A DNA stretch of 64,000 nucleotides from NCBI GenBank assembly GCA_913778765.1, contig CAJYXO010000071.1:2148-66147 (forward strand), in the 5' to 3' direction. Numbering within the stretch: position 1 is the first letter of the stretch; each line of letters opens with the position of its first letter. This DNA comes from an uncultured Massilia sp. GTDB lineage: Bacteria > Pseudomonadota > Gammaproteobacteria > Burkholderiales > Burkholderiaceae_D. Under the pieces are notes generated by a model. The model saw only the letters and a program-made list of their open reading frames with translations. It made no database searches and was not told the DNA's origin. Position numbers and translations under genes: made by a program. This document shows, one piece after another, positions 36,567 through 45,910 of this stretch.

Positions 36567-39464
36567 TTAGAACTTGTAGCTGGCGCCGAAGTGGTAGGTA
36601 CGGCCGTAGTCGACGCGGTTGGTCGGGTTGTTCTCGTCGGCGGTGTACTCCAGGAACGGTGCGTTGTTCCAGTTCTGCGCCTGGACGTACAGGCTCGTGC
36701 CCTTCAGCCAGCCGCCCTGGATTTCATACGACGCCTGCAGGTCGACGATGGTTTCGCCCTTGATGAAGGTCAGCTGCGCATTGTCCTGGAAATCCGACAC
36801 CTGGCCCAGGAAGTTCGAACGCTTGCGCGCCGCGGCTGCGATCTGGAAGCCGGCCTTCTCGTAGTACAGGCGCAGGTTGGTGACCTTGCGCGACAAGCCC
36901 GGCAGCGGGACGGACACCGCGTCGCCGGTGATGTTCGCGAAGCTCTCACGCGGCAGATTGATGCTGCTGCGGGTATCCGAGTGGTTGACCATGATGCCGA
37001 AGCCGTCCAGATACTGGCCGAAGCTGCCCAGATACGGGCTCGCCATCGAGAACGGCACGTTCACTGCCAGCTCGAAGCCTTTCAGGTTGCCGCCGCTGCC
37101 ATTCTGCGGCTGGGTAAAGCGGCCGATCGTGGAGGCGCCTTCCGGCAGATTCGTGCCTGGCGTGATGAAGCCGGCGAAGTCGTAGTCACGAGCCACGCGG
37201 ACGATGTAGCTGTCGAGCTTTTTGTAGAACAGCGCGGCGCTGACATAACCCTTGTTGCCGAAGTATTTTTCGTACGACAGGTCGAGAGCCTTGGCGCGGA
37301 ACGGCTTCAAGTCCGGATTACCGGAAGTGCTGGTCAGGACCTGCTTGCCCTGGTTGTTGCCGAGCGTGACATTCGAACCGGCACGCAGGTCATCCAGGTT
37401 GGCGCGCGACACCACCTTGGCCGCGCCGAGGCGGAGGAACTGCTCCCTGCCCAGATCGAACGACAGGTTCATGCTCGGCAGGACGTCCCAGAACTTGTCG
37501 TTGCCGCTGACACGCACGCCCGGGCAGCTGGTGGGGGTATTACCCTTGCAATTGCCGCTGTCGACCTTGTAGCCGCCGCCGGTCTGGTCGGTGTGGATCG
37601 CCTGCACGCCCGCATTACCGCGGTAGGACAAGCCGAACAGCTCACCCTCCAGGTCGCCCATGACGTAGCCGGTAGCGATGCGCTCCTGGACGTCCCAGAA
37701 CCTGTTGAGGATATCGGCGTCGACCTTCGGCGCCAGTTCGTACACCGTACCGAGCGAGCCACGCGGATCCCAAGAAATCACGTTGAAGCCCGATGCGCCG
37801 GCTGGAGCGACGGCGCTGCCCGGCATGGTCGCGGAACCGGCCGGATCGCCGCCCTTGATGACCAGGCGGCCTTCCTCGCCGTTGCGCGACTTGTCGCGCG
37901 CGGTGTAGTTCAAGCCGTAGGAGGTCGCGGTAACCGGACCCCACTCGACGCTCTTCTTGGCGGTCAGGCGCAGCGCCCGGACTTCGTCTTCGACGTAAGG
38001 CTGGCCGAGGTAGCCGGCCTGCGGCGATGCGGCGCCGCCGGACCAGCCCATGGTATCGGTCAGCTTGGCGACGTTGCGGTCGGAGTAGTTCAGGCCCGGA
38101 GTGTACTTCACCTCGGTGACGTTGGCGCCGTTGAAGCCGGTGTACGTCAGGGTGTCCTGGACGCTCGGCAGCGTGCCGGCGGTGGTCTCGTAGCGCGAAC
38201 CCAGCTTGGTGGCCTTCGACCAGGTCAGGTCGGCGGAGGTGGTCCACTCGCCGATCTTCAGTTCATTGTTCCAGCCGATGCTCTTCAGGTCATCTTCCGC
38301 GCCTTCGTAGTGGTTACGGACGACGCCCTTCCAGTTGGTGAGCGTGCCGCTGGTAGCGACGCCGTTCGAGACCGTCGCGCTGCTCAGCACGTGCGGCAGC
38401 TCGTAGGCGCCGCCACCGTTATAGGCCACGCCGCCTTCGAAGCCGGTCTTTTTCAGGCCGGTTTCACCAGCCGAGTAGAACATGTCGACGGTCGACTTGA
38501 AGTTGCGGTTCGGGCGGAACTGCAGCGAGGCGAAGGCGCCGTCGCGGTTGTGCGAGTTCTGTTCGGTGTCGTAACCGAAGCCGCCCGGGGTCTTGACGGT
38601 GGTGCCGTTGTAGCTCATGTCCGCGGTGCCCCACGAATTGAACTTCGCCTGGCCGCCGCCCATTTCCTCATAGCGGGTGAAACCGATCGCCACGCCGACG
38701 GTGCGGTTGAAGAACTGGTCGATGTACGACAGCGAGTAACGCTTGCCGTCGCCTTCCGGCAGGCCGTCGCGCTGCTTCACGCCCAGGCGGCTCTTCTTGT
38801 AGGCGACTGCGACGGTGCGCTTGCCGAAGTCCAGCGGCTGCACGGTGCGCAGGTCGATGGTCGAAGCCAGACCCTGGCCGATGACGCTCGCGTCCGGGGT
38901 CTTGTAGATGACGACGCCGCCCATCAGTTCGGCCGGGAACAGGTCGAATTCAGGCGAACGGGCGTTGCCGGTCGATGCCATTTCACGGCCGTTCAGCAGG
39001 GTGCCGTTGAAGCTCGGCGACAGGCCGCGCACCGAGATGTCCGATGCCTTGCCCGAGCTGCGGCCACGCTGGGCCGAGACGCCCGGCAGGCGCGAGATCG
39101 ACTCGGCGACGCTCTGGTCCGGCAGCTTGCCGATGTCTTCGGCCGAAACGGCTTCGACGATCGACGTGGAATTTTTCTTGATCGAGATCGCTGCTTCGAT
39201 ACCGCGGCGGATACCGGTCACCTGCACCTTGGCGACGTTCGGCGTGGCCGCTTCGAGAGGGGTCGCAACCTTGGTGGTGTCTTCCTGCGGATTGGCGTCC
39301 TGGGTGGTCGCCGTCGGGACGACGGTGTTCGGCGCGTTTTCCTGCGCGTACGCAGTGTGCGTCGCCAGCGCGAGGAAAACGGCGCAGCCCGCTGCAACCG
39401 GGCTGAGCTTGAATGCGATGGTGCCCGGCACAGTGCGCGCCGCGCGCTTATTGATCAGGTTCAT
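36567..39464 (-). CDS. TonB-dependent outer-membrane receptor (probable maltodextrin/alpha-glucan receptor by context)
   Basis: Start at MNLINKRAARTV... with signal peptide ...ALATHTAYAQ. Plug-domain pattern (VEAVSAEDIGKLPDQSVAESISRLPGVS). About 965 aa of beta-barrel repeats. Terminal ...YHFGASYKF with a C-terminal Phe. Confidence 0.9.
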   Translation of the reverse strand: MNLINKRAARTVPGTIAFKLSPVAAGCAVFLALATHTAYAQENAPNTVVPTATTQDANPQEDTTKVATPLEAATPNVAKVQVTGIRRGIEAAISIKKNSTSIVEAVSAEDIGKLPDQSVAESISRLPGVSAQRGRSSGKASDISVRGLSPSFNGTLLNGREMASTGNARSPEFDLFPAELMGGVVIYKTPDASVIGQGLASTIDLRTVQPLDFGKRTVAVAYKKSRLGVKQRDGLPEGDGKRYSLSYIDQFFNRTVGVAIGFTRYEEMGGGQAKFNSWGTADMSYNGTTVKTPGGFGYDTEQNSHNRDGAFASLQFRPNRNFKSTVDMFYSAGETGLKKTGFEGGVAYNGGGAYELPHVLSSATVSNGVATSGTLTNWKGVVRNHYEGAEDDLKSIGWNNELKIGEWTTSADLTWSKATKLGSRYETTAGTLPSVQDTLTYTGFNGANVTEVKYTPGLNYSDRNVAKLTDTMGWSGGAASPQAGYLGQPYVEDEVRALRLTAKKSVEWGPVTATSYGLNYTARDKSRNGEEGRLVIKGGDPAGSATMPGSAVAPAGASGFNVISWDPRGSLGTVYELAPKVDADILNRFWDVQERIATGYVMGDLEGELFGLSYRGNAGVQAIHTDQTGGGYKVDSGNCKGNTPTSCPGVRVSGNDKFWDVLPSMNLSFDLGREQFLRLGAAKVVSRANLDDLRAGSNVTLGNNQGKQVLTSTSGNPDLKPFRAKALDLSYEKYFGNKGYVSAALFYKKLDSYIVRVARDYDFAGFITPGTNLPEGASTIGRFTQPQNGSGGNLKGFELAVNVPFSMASPYLGSFGQYLDGFGIMVNHSDTRSSINLPRESFANITGDAVSVPLPGLSRKVTNLRLYYEKAGFQIAAAARKRSNFLGQVSDFQDNAQLTFIKGETIVDLQASYEIQGGWLKGTSLYVQAQNWNNAPFLEYTADENNPTNRVDYGRTYHFGASYKF

Positions 39465-39575
39465 GTGTCCCCTCAAATCGTACAAATGTATGTTTTTTTC
39501 CCGAAAACACTAGCCGGAGAGCCATCACTACGGGAGCCAGAAGAAAAACGTTCTTAGACGTTCTGTCAAGGATTC

Positions 39576-39590
39576 TGTACTAAAACTAGA
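39576..39590. promoter_or_regulatory. Degenerate TGTAGT-N3-ACTACA-like site proximal to the TBDR gene
   Basis: TGTACT-AAA-ACTAGA, two mismatches from the motif. Lies 112 nt upstream of the TBDR start. Shares AAAACTAGA with the site at 39842. Confidence 0.3.
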
Positions 39591-39704
39591 TGCACTGTCA
39601 ACGGGACTTGTCCCGGACTACGGGAATGTCGAATTTTTACGCGCTTTTCTTAGAGTGAGAACGAATATCGTTGTATTCGGGCTACAAAGTAGCTATACAG
39701 ACAA

Positions 39705-39719
39705 TGTAGTCGTACTACA
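39705..39719. promoter_or_regulatory. Perfect 15-bp palindrome TGTAGT-CGT-ACTACA (candidate HexR/RpiR-type operator)
   Basis: Exact inverted repeat in the centre of the 514-bp AT-rich divergent region between the TBDR and GH13 genes. A reversed-polarity palindrome GCTAC-AAA-GTAGC lies at 39681..39693. Confidence 0.45.
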
Positions 39720-39751
39720 AAACGCTTACTTTGCACCAACCTGGCTTGCTT

Positions 39752-39770
39752 TTGCACCGGTATGGTGCAA
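39752..39770. promoter_or_regulatory. Second palindrome type TTGCACC-GGTAT-GGTGCAA plus an upstream direct half-site
   Basis: Perfect 7-bp arms with a 5-bp spacer. An additional TTGCACC lies at 39731..39737. Unrelated in sequence to the TGTAGT motif, so probably a different binding protein. Confidence 0.3.
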
Positions 39771-39841
39771 ATTCGCGTAGTAGATTTTCAATCCATGTCA
39801 AGCGTTGTGGCGAAAGGACTGTAAATATGCGGTGAACTCGA

Positions 39842-39856
39842 TGTAGCAAAACTAGA
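39842..39856. promoter_or_regulatory. Degenerate TGTAGT-N3-ACTACA-like site proximal to the GH13 gene
   Basis: TGTAGC-AAA-ACTAGA, two mismatches from the motif, about 120-140 nt upstream of the GH13 start. A lone TGTAGT half-site also lies at 39962..39967. Confidence 0.3.
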
Positions 39857-39978
39857 GATTCAACACAGACCGTTCTTTCATGCACGCCGCTTGCTGGTGT
39901 ATTCTCTGGGCAATAATGTAAAGCCGGCACCGTTCCCACAGTAAGGTGGCGCAAGGGCCGATGTAGTTACGCTCCTTA

Positions 39979-41868
39979 ATGGAGACCATGACCATGCCCG
40001 GGACCATCCGCCGCACCCTCGCCAGCATTCTTGTCGGTACTGCCCTCTTTGCTTCCGGCGCCATCCACGCCCAGGCCCCCGCCATCGACCACGTCGACCC
40101 GCCCTTCTGGTGGACCGGCATGCAGGACCAGCGCCTGCAGCTGATGGTGCATGGCCCGGCCATCGCCGAGCTCGAGCCCAGCCTGGACTATCCGGGCGTG
40201 CGCATCGCCCAGGTGACGCGGGTCGCCAACCGCAATTACGTGTTCGTCGACCTGGTCGTCGATCCCAAGGCCGCGCCGGGCGAGATGCGCATCGACTTCC
40301 GCGGCAAGGGCGATGCCGCCGCGCGCAGCACCACGTATACCTACCGCCTGCTGGCGCGCGAGGCGGGATCCAGCCAGCGCAAGGGTTTCGATACCCAGGA
40401 CGCGATCTACCAGATCATGCCGGACCGCTTCGCCAATGGCGACACGAAGAACGACAGCGTCGCCGGCCTGGCCGACAAGCTGGATCGCAAGCTGGGCCAC
40501 GGCCGCCACGGCGGCGACATCCAGGGCATCATCGACCACCTCGACTATATCGCCGGCATGGGCTTCACCCAGCTGTGGCCGACGCCGCTGGTCGAGAACG
40601 ACATGCCGGCAGCTTCCTACCACGGCTACGCCGCCACCGATCACTACCGGATCGACCCGCGCTACGGCAGCAACGAGGACTACGTGCGCCTGTCGAAAGA
40701 GGCGCGCAGGCATGGCATCGGCCTGATCCAGGACGTGGTGCTGTCCCACATCGGCAAGAACCACTGGTGGATGAAGGACCTGCCGACGCCGGACTGGATC
40801 AACCACCCCGGCAAGTTCGTGGGCACCCAGCACCACCGCACCGCCGTGCAGGACCCGTACGCATCGAAGGAAGACGCCAGCAACTTCACCACCGGCTGGT
40901 TCAGCCCCGGCATGCCGGACATGAACCAGACCAATCCCCTGGTCGCCAATTACCTCATCCAGAACAACATCTGGTGGATCGAGTACGCCGGCCTGTCCGG
41001 GCTGCGCATCGACACCTTCGGCTATTCCGACGGCGCCTTCCTGACCGAGTACACCAGGCGCCTGATGGCCGAGTACCCGCAGCTGAACATGGTGGGCGAG
41101 GAATGGAGCAAGCTGCCGGCCGTGGTCTCGCACTGGCAGCGCGGCAAGGCCAACTTCAATGGCTATGTCAGCTCGATGCCGAGCATGATGGACTTCCCGC
41201 TGACGGAAGCGATGCGCACGGCGCTGGCCGACAGGAAGGGCAGGAACATCTTTACCGATGTCTACGAGACCCTGTCGCAGGACTACCTGTATCCCGACCC
41301 GAGCCGCCTGGTGCTGTTCGAGGCCAACCACGACATGTCGCGCATCTTCAGCGAGGTGCACGAAGACTACGACCGCTACAAGATGGACATCGCCTTCGTG
41401 ATGACGATGCCGCGCATCCCGCACTTCTATACCGGCGACGAGCTGCTGATGACCAGCGCCACCAAGGAGCGCGACGACAACAGCTACCGCCACGACTTCC
41501 CGGGCGGCTGGGCCGGCGACAAGGTCAACGCCTTCACCGGCGCCGGCCTCACGCCGCGCCAGCGCGAGGCGCAGGACTTCGTCCGCAAGCTGGTCAACTG
41601 GCGCAAGAACAGCCCCGTCATCCATCACGGGAAGCTGATGCACTATGGGCCGGAGAACAATACCTATGTTTACTTCCGCTACGACGGGACGAAGAAGGTG
41701 ATGGTGGCCTTCAATGCCAACGACAAGGAGACCGTGCTGGATGCGGGGCGCTTCCATGAGATGCTGGATGGCGTGGCATCCGGCCGCGATGTCCTGACCG
41801 GCAAGACCTATGCGCTGAAAGATCAGATCCGGCTGCCGGCCAAGGCCACCCTGATCCTCGAGATCTGA
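39979..41868 (+). CDS. Exported GH13 enzyme with cyclomaltodextrinase/neopullulanase-like N-terminal domain
   Basis: Signal peptide ...ASILVGTALFASGAIHAQA (the true start may be the ATG at 39988 or 39994). N-terminal IDHVDPPFWWTGM. GH13 regions: LIQDVVLSHIG (I), GLRIDTFGY (II), MVGEEW (III), FEANHDMSR (IV). Confidence 0.85.
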   Translation: METMTMPGTIRRTLASILVGTALFASGAIHAQAPAIDHVDPPFWWTGMQDQRLQLMVHGPAIAELEPSLDYPGVRIAQVTRVANRNYVFVDLVVDPKAAPGEMRIDFRGKGDAAARSTTYTYRLLAREAGSSQRKGFDTQDAIYQIMPDRFANGDTKNDSVAGLADKLDRKLGHGRHGGDIQGIIDHLDYIAGMGFTQLWPTPLVENDMPAASYHGYAATDHYRIDPRYGSNEDYVRLSKEARRHGIGLIQDVVLSHIGKNHWWMKDLPTPDWINHPGKFVGTQHHRTAVQDPYASKEDASNFTTGWFSPGMPDMNQTNPLVANYLIQNNIWWIEYAGLSGLRIDTFGYSDGAFLTEYTRRLMAEYPQLNMVGEEWSKLPAVVSHWQRGKANFNGYVSSMPSMMDFPLTEAMRTALADRKGRNIFTDVYETLSQDYLYPDPSRLVLFEANHDMSRIFSEVHEDYDRYKMDIAFVMTMPRIPHFYTGDELLMTSATKERDDNSYRHDFPGGWAGDKVNAFTGAGLTPRQREAQDFVRKLVNWRKNSPVIHHGKLMHYGPENNTYVYFRYDGTKKVMVAFNANDKETVLDAGRFHEMLDGVASGRDVLTGKTYALKDQIRLPAKATLILEI

Positions 41869-41871
41869 CGC

Positions 41872-44796
41872 ATGAAACCGACCGCCATCTTCATCGCGGC
41901 CCTCGCCGCCCAAGCACTTCCCGCCATCGCCGTCGCCGCCGAAGCGCCGCCGCTGCGCTACGACATCTACGTCCGCGGCGCCTTCAACGGCTGGGGCACC
42001 GACAACCGCCTGAACTACCAGGGCAAGGGCATCTACGAAACCGACATCCTGGTCAGCCCCGGCAACCACGCCTTCAAGATCGGCAGCAAGGACTGGAACG
42101 CCGAATGGGTCGCGAATCCGTCGGCGAGCGTGGCGGTCAAGCTGGAGGCGGCCTACCCCCTCGCGCTAGAACCCGGCCCCGAGGACTACCTGTTCACGAA
42201 GCAGACCGCGACCTTCCGCTTCCGCGTCGACGTATCCGACCCTGCGAAGCCGGTGCTGAGCGTCACGCGCATCGAGACGCCGGCCACCGGCCCGGCCGTC
42301 GATCCGCACGCGGGCGCCGGCGCCAGCGCCAGCCTCATCTTCCCGACCTGGGACGGCAAGCAGGAGACGGCGCGCTTCTCGGTGCGGGATCCGCAGGCGC
42401 CGCTGCGCCGCTACGCGCAGTCGACCACGATGCAGTTGCGCGATCCTGGCCCGCAATACACCACCTATCAAGAGGACGCCGCCCTGCCCCGGGTCCGCAG
42501 CGGCAACCTGGCCTTCGACGCCCTGTTCGCGCTGGCGGCCCACGAGATGCGGCTGGACTCGGTCAAGGAAATCCGCGACGGCAACTACAACGGCAACAAC
42601 CCGATTCCCTGCGACTGCTTCGAGACCGGCGAGAAGTGGCACTACGTCTGGACCCGCGACCTGTCCTACGCCGCCGACCTGGGCCTGGCCGCGCTCGATC
42701 CCCAGCGCGTGCGCAATTCGCTGCTGTTCAAGCTGTCCGGCTGGCGCGACGGCATCCGGCCGGCGCCGCAAGTCGCGGGAACGAAGGATGGCCTGCAGAT
42801 CGCACAGGACACCGGCAGCGGCGGCAGCTGGCCGGTCAGCACCGACCGCATCACCTGGGCCTTCGCCGCCGAGGAAGTGCTGAAGGCGCTGCCGCCGGCC
42901 GAACGCCCTGCCTTCGCGGCCACCGCGCTGAAAGCCCTGTCGAACACGATCGACAACGACCGCCTGGCCGCCTTCGACAAGGCCAGCGGCCTGTACACCG
43001 GCGAGGAATCCTTCCTCGACTGGCGCGACCAGAGCTACGCGGCATGGATTCCCGACGACCTGGCGTCGATGGCGTCGTCGATGGCGCTGTCGACCAACGT
43101 CGGCCACTACAAGGCGCTGACGCTGGCGGCCATGCTGGCGCGCGAACAGGGCGATGCCGCGCGTGCAAAGCGCTACGGCGCCTGGGCGCGCGACCTGAAG
43201 CGCGCCATCAACGCCCGCCTCTGGCTCGACGACGCCGGCATGTACAGCAGCCTCACCGCCGCGCACTTCGATAACGTGCCGATGCACAAGTTCGACTGGC
43301 TGGGCCAGTCGCTGGCCATCATTACCGGCGTGGCCGATGAAACCCGTGCGCGCAGCATCCTGGCGCACTATCCGCACGGTCCGATGGGCGCGCCGGTGAT
43401 CTGGCCGCAGCAGCTCGACATGCCGGTGTACCACAACCGCGCCATGTGGCCCTTCGTGACGGCCTACGGCCTGCGCGCCGCGGTCGCGGGCCGCAACGTG
43501 GCCGTCGCCGACGCCGCCTACGATTCGCTGATGCGCGGCGCGGCCCTGAACCTGTCGAACATGGAGAACCTGGAGTGGCTGTCCGGCCAGCCGCTGCTGC
43601 TGGACGAAGCCCATCCGAAGTTGATCGGCCCGGTGATCAACTCGAAGCGCCAGCTGTGGTCCGTCGGCGCCTATCTCGGCATGGTGGTGCGCAATGTGTT
43701 CGGCGTCTCGACCACCGGCGACGGCATCGAGCTGGCGCCTTTCGTGACGGCGAAGCTGCGCGGCGGCGTGTTCGCGGCCGCGAAAGAGATCGCCCTGGCC
43801 AACCTGCGCCTGCGGGGCCACGCCATCGATATCGCGCTGCGCCTGCCCGCTGCGGACAACAAGGACCGGAACGGCGTGTACGCGGTCGAACGCATCGTCC
43901 TGAACGGCAAACCGGCCGGCAGTACGATCAAGTGGAGCGAACTGGCGGACGGCAACCGGATCGAGATCGTGCTCGGCAAGCTGGAAAGCGGCGAGCAGGC
44001 GATCCATCGCGTGAACGCCGACCCGTATGTGGAAACGCCGGCCGTGTTCGGCCCGCACGAGCCAAACATCGCCGACCTGAAACGCGACGCCGCCGGCCAT
44101 GCGCTGCTGCGCATCGAGGGCAAGGATACGGGCGGCATCACCTACAACGTCTACCGCGACGGCAAGCTAGCGGCATCGAAGCTGCCGGCCGGCGCCTGGA
44201 CCGACCGGCTTGTCTCAAGCACCGCTTGCTACGCGGTCGAAGCCGTGTTCGACGGTTCCGGCAACCGCAGCCACCACAGCGTGCCGCGCTGCCTCGATGC
44301 GGGCGTGGAGATCCCGGCGGGCGATGCGCGCGTCAGCGCCGGCGTGCCCCTGGCGGCGCCGAACCCGCGCTTCGACGAGCCGCACCTGGCCGACTGGGGC
44401 AAGCCGCAGGACCGCTTCAGCGTGCGCGACGTCAAGGTGCCGGCGGCCGGCGAGTATGCGCTGCAGGTCCGCTACCACAATGGCGCCAACCAGGTGAACC
44501 TGGGCATCAGCGGTGGCGTAAAATGGCTGGCGGTAAAGGATGCGTCGGGCGCGATCGTGGCGCAGGGCGTAGTGCAGCTGCCGCATGCGCGCATCGACAA
44601 GGCGCATACGCCGACCGTGTATTCGACCCCTTTGACAGTGCGCATGAACGGCAAAGGCGCTTACCGCATCGAGATGAGCGACTTCTATAACATGAGCTAC
44701 CTGCGGAGCAACAGCAGCTTCAGCGCGGCCGGCGGCATCGAGGGCCCGTCCAACCGCTTCGACATCTACGGCGTGCGCCTGCTGCGCGTGCATTGA
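41872..44796 (+). CDS. Exported 974-aa multidomain protein: starch-binding-like N-domain, GH15-like (alpha/alpha)6 core, CBM6/35-like C-terminus
   Basis: Signal peptide MKPTAIFIAALAAQALPAIAVA. N-terminal YVRGAFNGWGTDN...HAFKIGSKDW (carbohydrate-binding-module-like). YVWTRDLSY matches the YxWxRD block of GH15 glucoamylases. C-terminal RYHNGANQVNLGISGG... is lectin/CBM-like. The domain calls are pattern-based only. Confidence 0.55.
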   Translation: MKPTAIFIAALAAQALPAIAVAAEAPPLRYDIYVRGAFNGWGTDNRLNYQGKGIYETDILVSPGNHAFKIGSKDWNAEWVANPSASVAVKLEAAYPLALEPGPEDYLFTKQTATFRFRVDVSDPAKPVLSVTRIETPATGPAVDPHAGAGASASLIFPTWDGKQETARFSVRDPQAPLRRYAQSTTMQLRDPGPQYTTYQEDAALPRVRSGNLAFDALFALAAHEMRLDSVKEIRDGNYNGNNPIPCDCFETGEKWHYVWTRDLSYAADLGLAALDPQRVRNSLLFKLSGWRDGIRPAPQVAGTKDGLQIAQDTGSGGSWPVSTDRITWAFAAEEVLKALPPAERPAFAATALKALSNTIDNDRLAAFDKASGLYTGEESFLDWRDQSYAAWIPDDLASMASSMALSTNVGHYKALTLAAMLAREQGDAARAKRYGAWARDLKRAINARLWLDDAGMYSSLTAAHFDNVPMHKFDWLGQSLAIITGVADETRARSILAHYPHGPMGAPVIWPQQLDMPVYHNRAMWPFVTAYGLRAAVAGRNVAVADAAYDSLMRGAALNLSNMENLEWLSGQPLLLDEAHPKLIGPVINSKRQLWSVGAYLGMVVRNVFGVSTTGDGIELAPFVTAKLRGGVFAAAKEIALANLRLRGHAIDIALRLPAADNKDRNGVYAVERIVLNGKPAGSTIKWSELADGNRIEIVLGKLESGEQAIHRVNADPYVETPAVFGPHEPNIADLKRDAAGHALLRIEGKDTGGITYNVYRDGKLAASKLPAGAWTDRLVSSTACYAVEAVFDGSGNRSHHSVPRCLDAGVEIPAGDARVSAGVPLAAPNPRFDEPHLADWGKPQDRFSVRDVKVPAAGEYALQVRYHNGANQVNLGISGGVKWLAVKDASGAIVAQGVVQLPHARIDKAHTPTVYSTPLTVRMNGKGAYRIEMSDFYNMSYLRSNSSFSAAGGIEGPSNRFDIYGVRLLRVH

Positions 44797-44808
44797 CACG
44801 GGAAACGT

Positions 44809-45888
44809 ATGAAACGACTCACCACGACAGCAACAGCGATGCTGATGCTACTGGCCCAGCATGCCGGCGCCACCACGGTGCGCATCCACTACCCGGCCGG
44901 CAAGGAAGGCATCCGCGTGGTCGGCGACAAGGGTCCGATGAGCTGGTCCAAAGGCGCGGCGGCCCAGCCGGACGGCGGCCCGCTGAACGTCTGGACCTAT
45001 ACCTGGCCCGACGCGCTGGGCGAAGTGCAGATGAAGCCGACCCTGGGCGAGGACAAGTTCTCGATCGGCGGCGCCTACAGGCTGGCGCCCGGATCCACGG
45101 TCGACATCTATCCCTTCTTTGGCGCGCCCTTCGGCAAGCTGGAGATCGTGAAGGACTTCGCCTCGCCCCAGCTGAAGAACAGCCGCGCGCTGCGCATCTG
45201 GCTGCCGCCCAGCTATGCGGAGAATCCGGCGAAGCGCTATCCGGTGCTCTACATGCACGACGGCCAGAACCTGTTCGATGCGAAGACCGCGTCCTTCGGC
45301 ACCGAATGGGGCATCGACGAGACCATGAACCGCCTGATCGCGATGGGCAAGGCCGACGAGGTGATCGTGGTCGGCATCGACAACACCCCGGACCGCATCC
45401 CGGAATACACGCCCTGCTGCGACCCGAAATACGGCGGCGGCAAGCTGAATGCCTACGGCGCCTTCATCGTCGACACCGTGAAACCCTGGATCGACCGCAG
45501 CTACCGCACGCTGCCGGGCAAGGACACGACCGCGATCATGGGCTCTTCGCTGGGCGGCATCGCCTCGGTCGCGATCGCGCAGCGCTATCCGGACGTCTTT
45601 TCGAAAGCGGGCGGCGTCTCGAGTTCGTTCTGGTGGAATAACGGCGACCTGGTCAAGAAGCTGCCGCAGCGCGTGCCGGTCAAGTTCTACCTCGACGCCG
45701 GCACCCGCGACGACGGCCTCGAAGACACGACCAAAATGGTCGAGGCCATGCAGGCCAAGGGCTACCGCGAAAACGAGGACCTGCTGTTCTTAAAGGCCGA
45801 AGGCGGCAAGCATAACGAGGCGTCGTGGGCGGCGCGGGTGGAAAAGCCGCTGACGTGGTTCTTCCCGTGGGGGAGTACGAAGCAGTAA
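44809..45888 (+). CDS. Exported esterase-family (esterase D/enterochelin-esterase-like) protein with N-terminal beta-sandwich
   Basis: Signal peptide MKRLTTTATAMLMLLAQHAGA. RYPVLYMHDGQNLFD and nucleophile elbow GSSLGG. Third gene of the GH13 operon (12-nt gap). Confidence 0.7.
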   Translation: MKRLTTTATAMLMLLAQHAGATTVRIHYPAGKEGIRVVGDKGPMSWSKGAAAQPDGGPLNVWTYTWPDALGEVQMKPTLGEDKFSIGGAYRLAPGSTVDIYPFFGAPFGKLEIVKDFASPQLKNSRALRIWLPPSYAENPAKRYPVLYMHDGQNLFDAKTASFGTEWGIDETMNRLIAMGKADEVIVVGIDNTPDRIPEYTPCCDPKYGGGKLNAYGAFIVDTVKPWIDRSYRTLPGKDTTAIMGSSLGGIASVAIAQRYPDVFSKAGGVSSSFWWNNGDLVKKLPQRVPVKFYLDAGTRDDGLEDTTKMVEAMQAKGYRENEDLLFLKAEGGKHNEASWAARVEKPLTWFFPWGSTKQ

Positions 45889-45910
45889 CCAGCGCCCGTG
45901 CAGCACCACC

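Noticed and set aside
36225-39557. 1,110-aa plus-strand ORF opposite the TonB-dependent receptor. Similar giant ORFs occur at 7663..10383, 39976..42069, 42166..44100, 56987..60436, 60986..62869 and 18258..20162.
   Set aside because: All are mirror-strand shadows of genes with clear family signatures. They have no SD or signal features and arginine/alanine-rich nonsense composition.
39715-39954. 79-aa ORF (and the overlapping 103-aa ORF at 39852..40163) inside the TBDR/GH13 intergenic region
   Set aside because: They lie in an AT-rich regulatory region full of palindromes. Codon usage is unlike neighbouring genes, and there is no SD.
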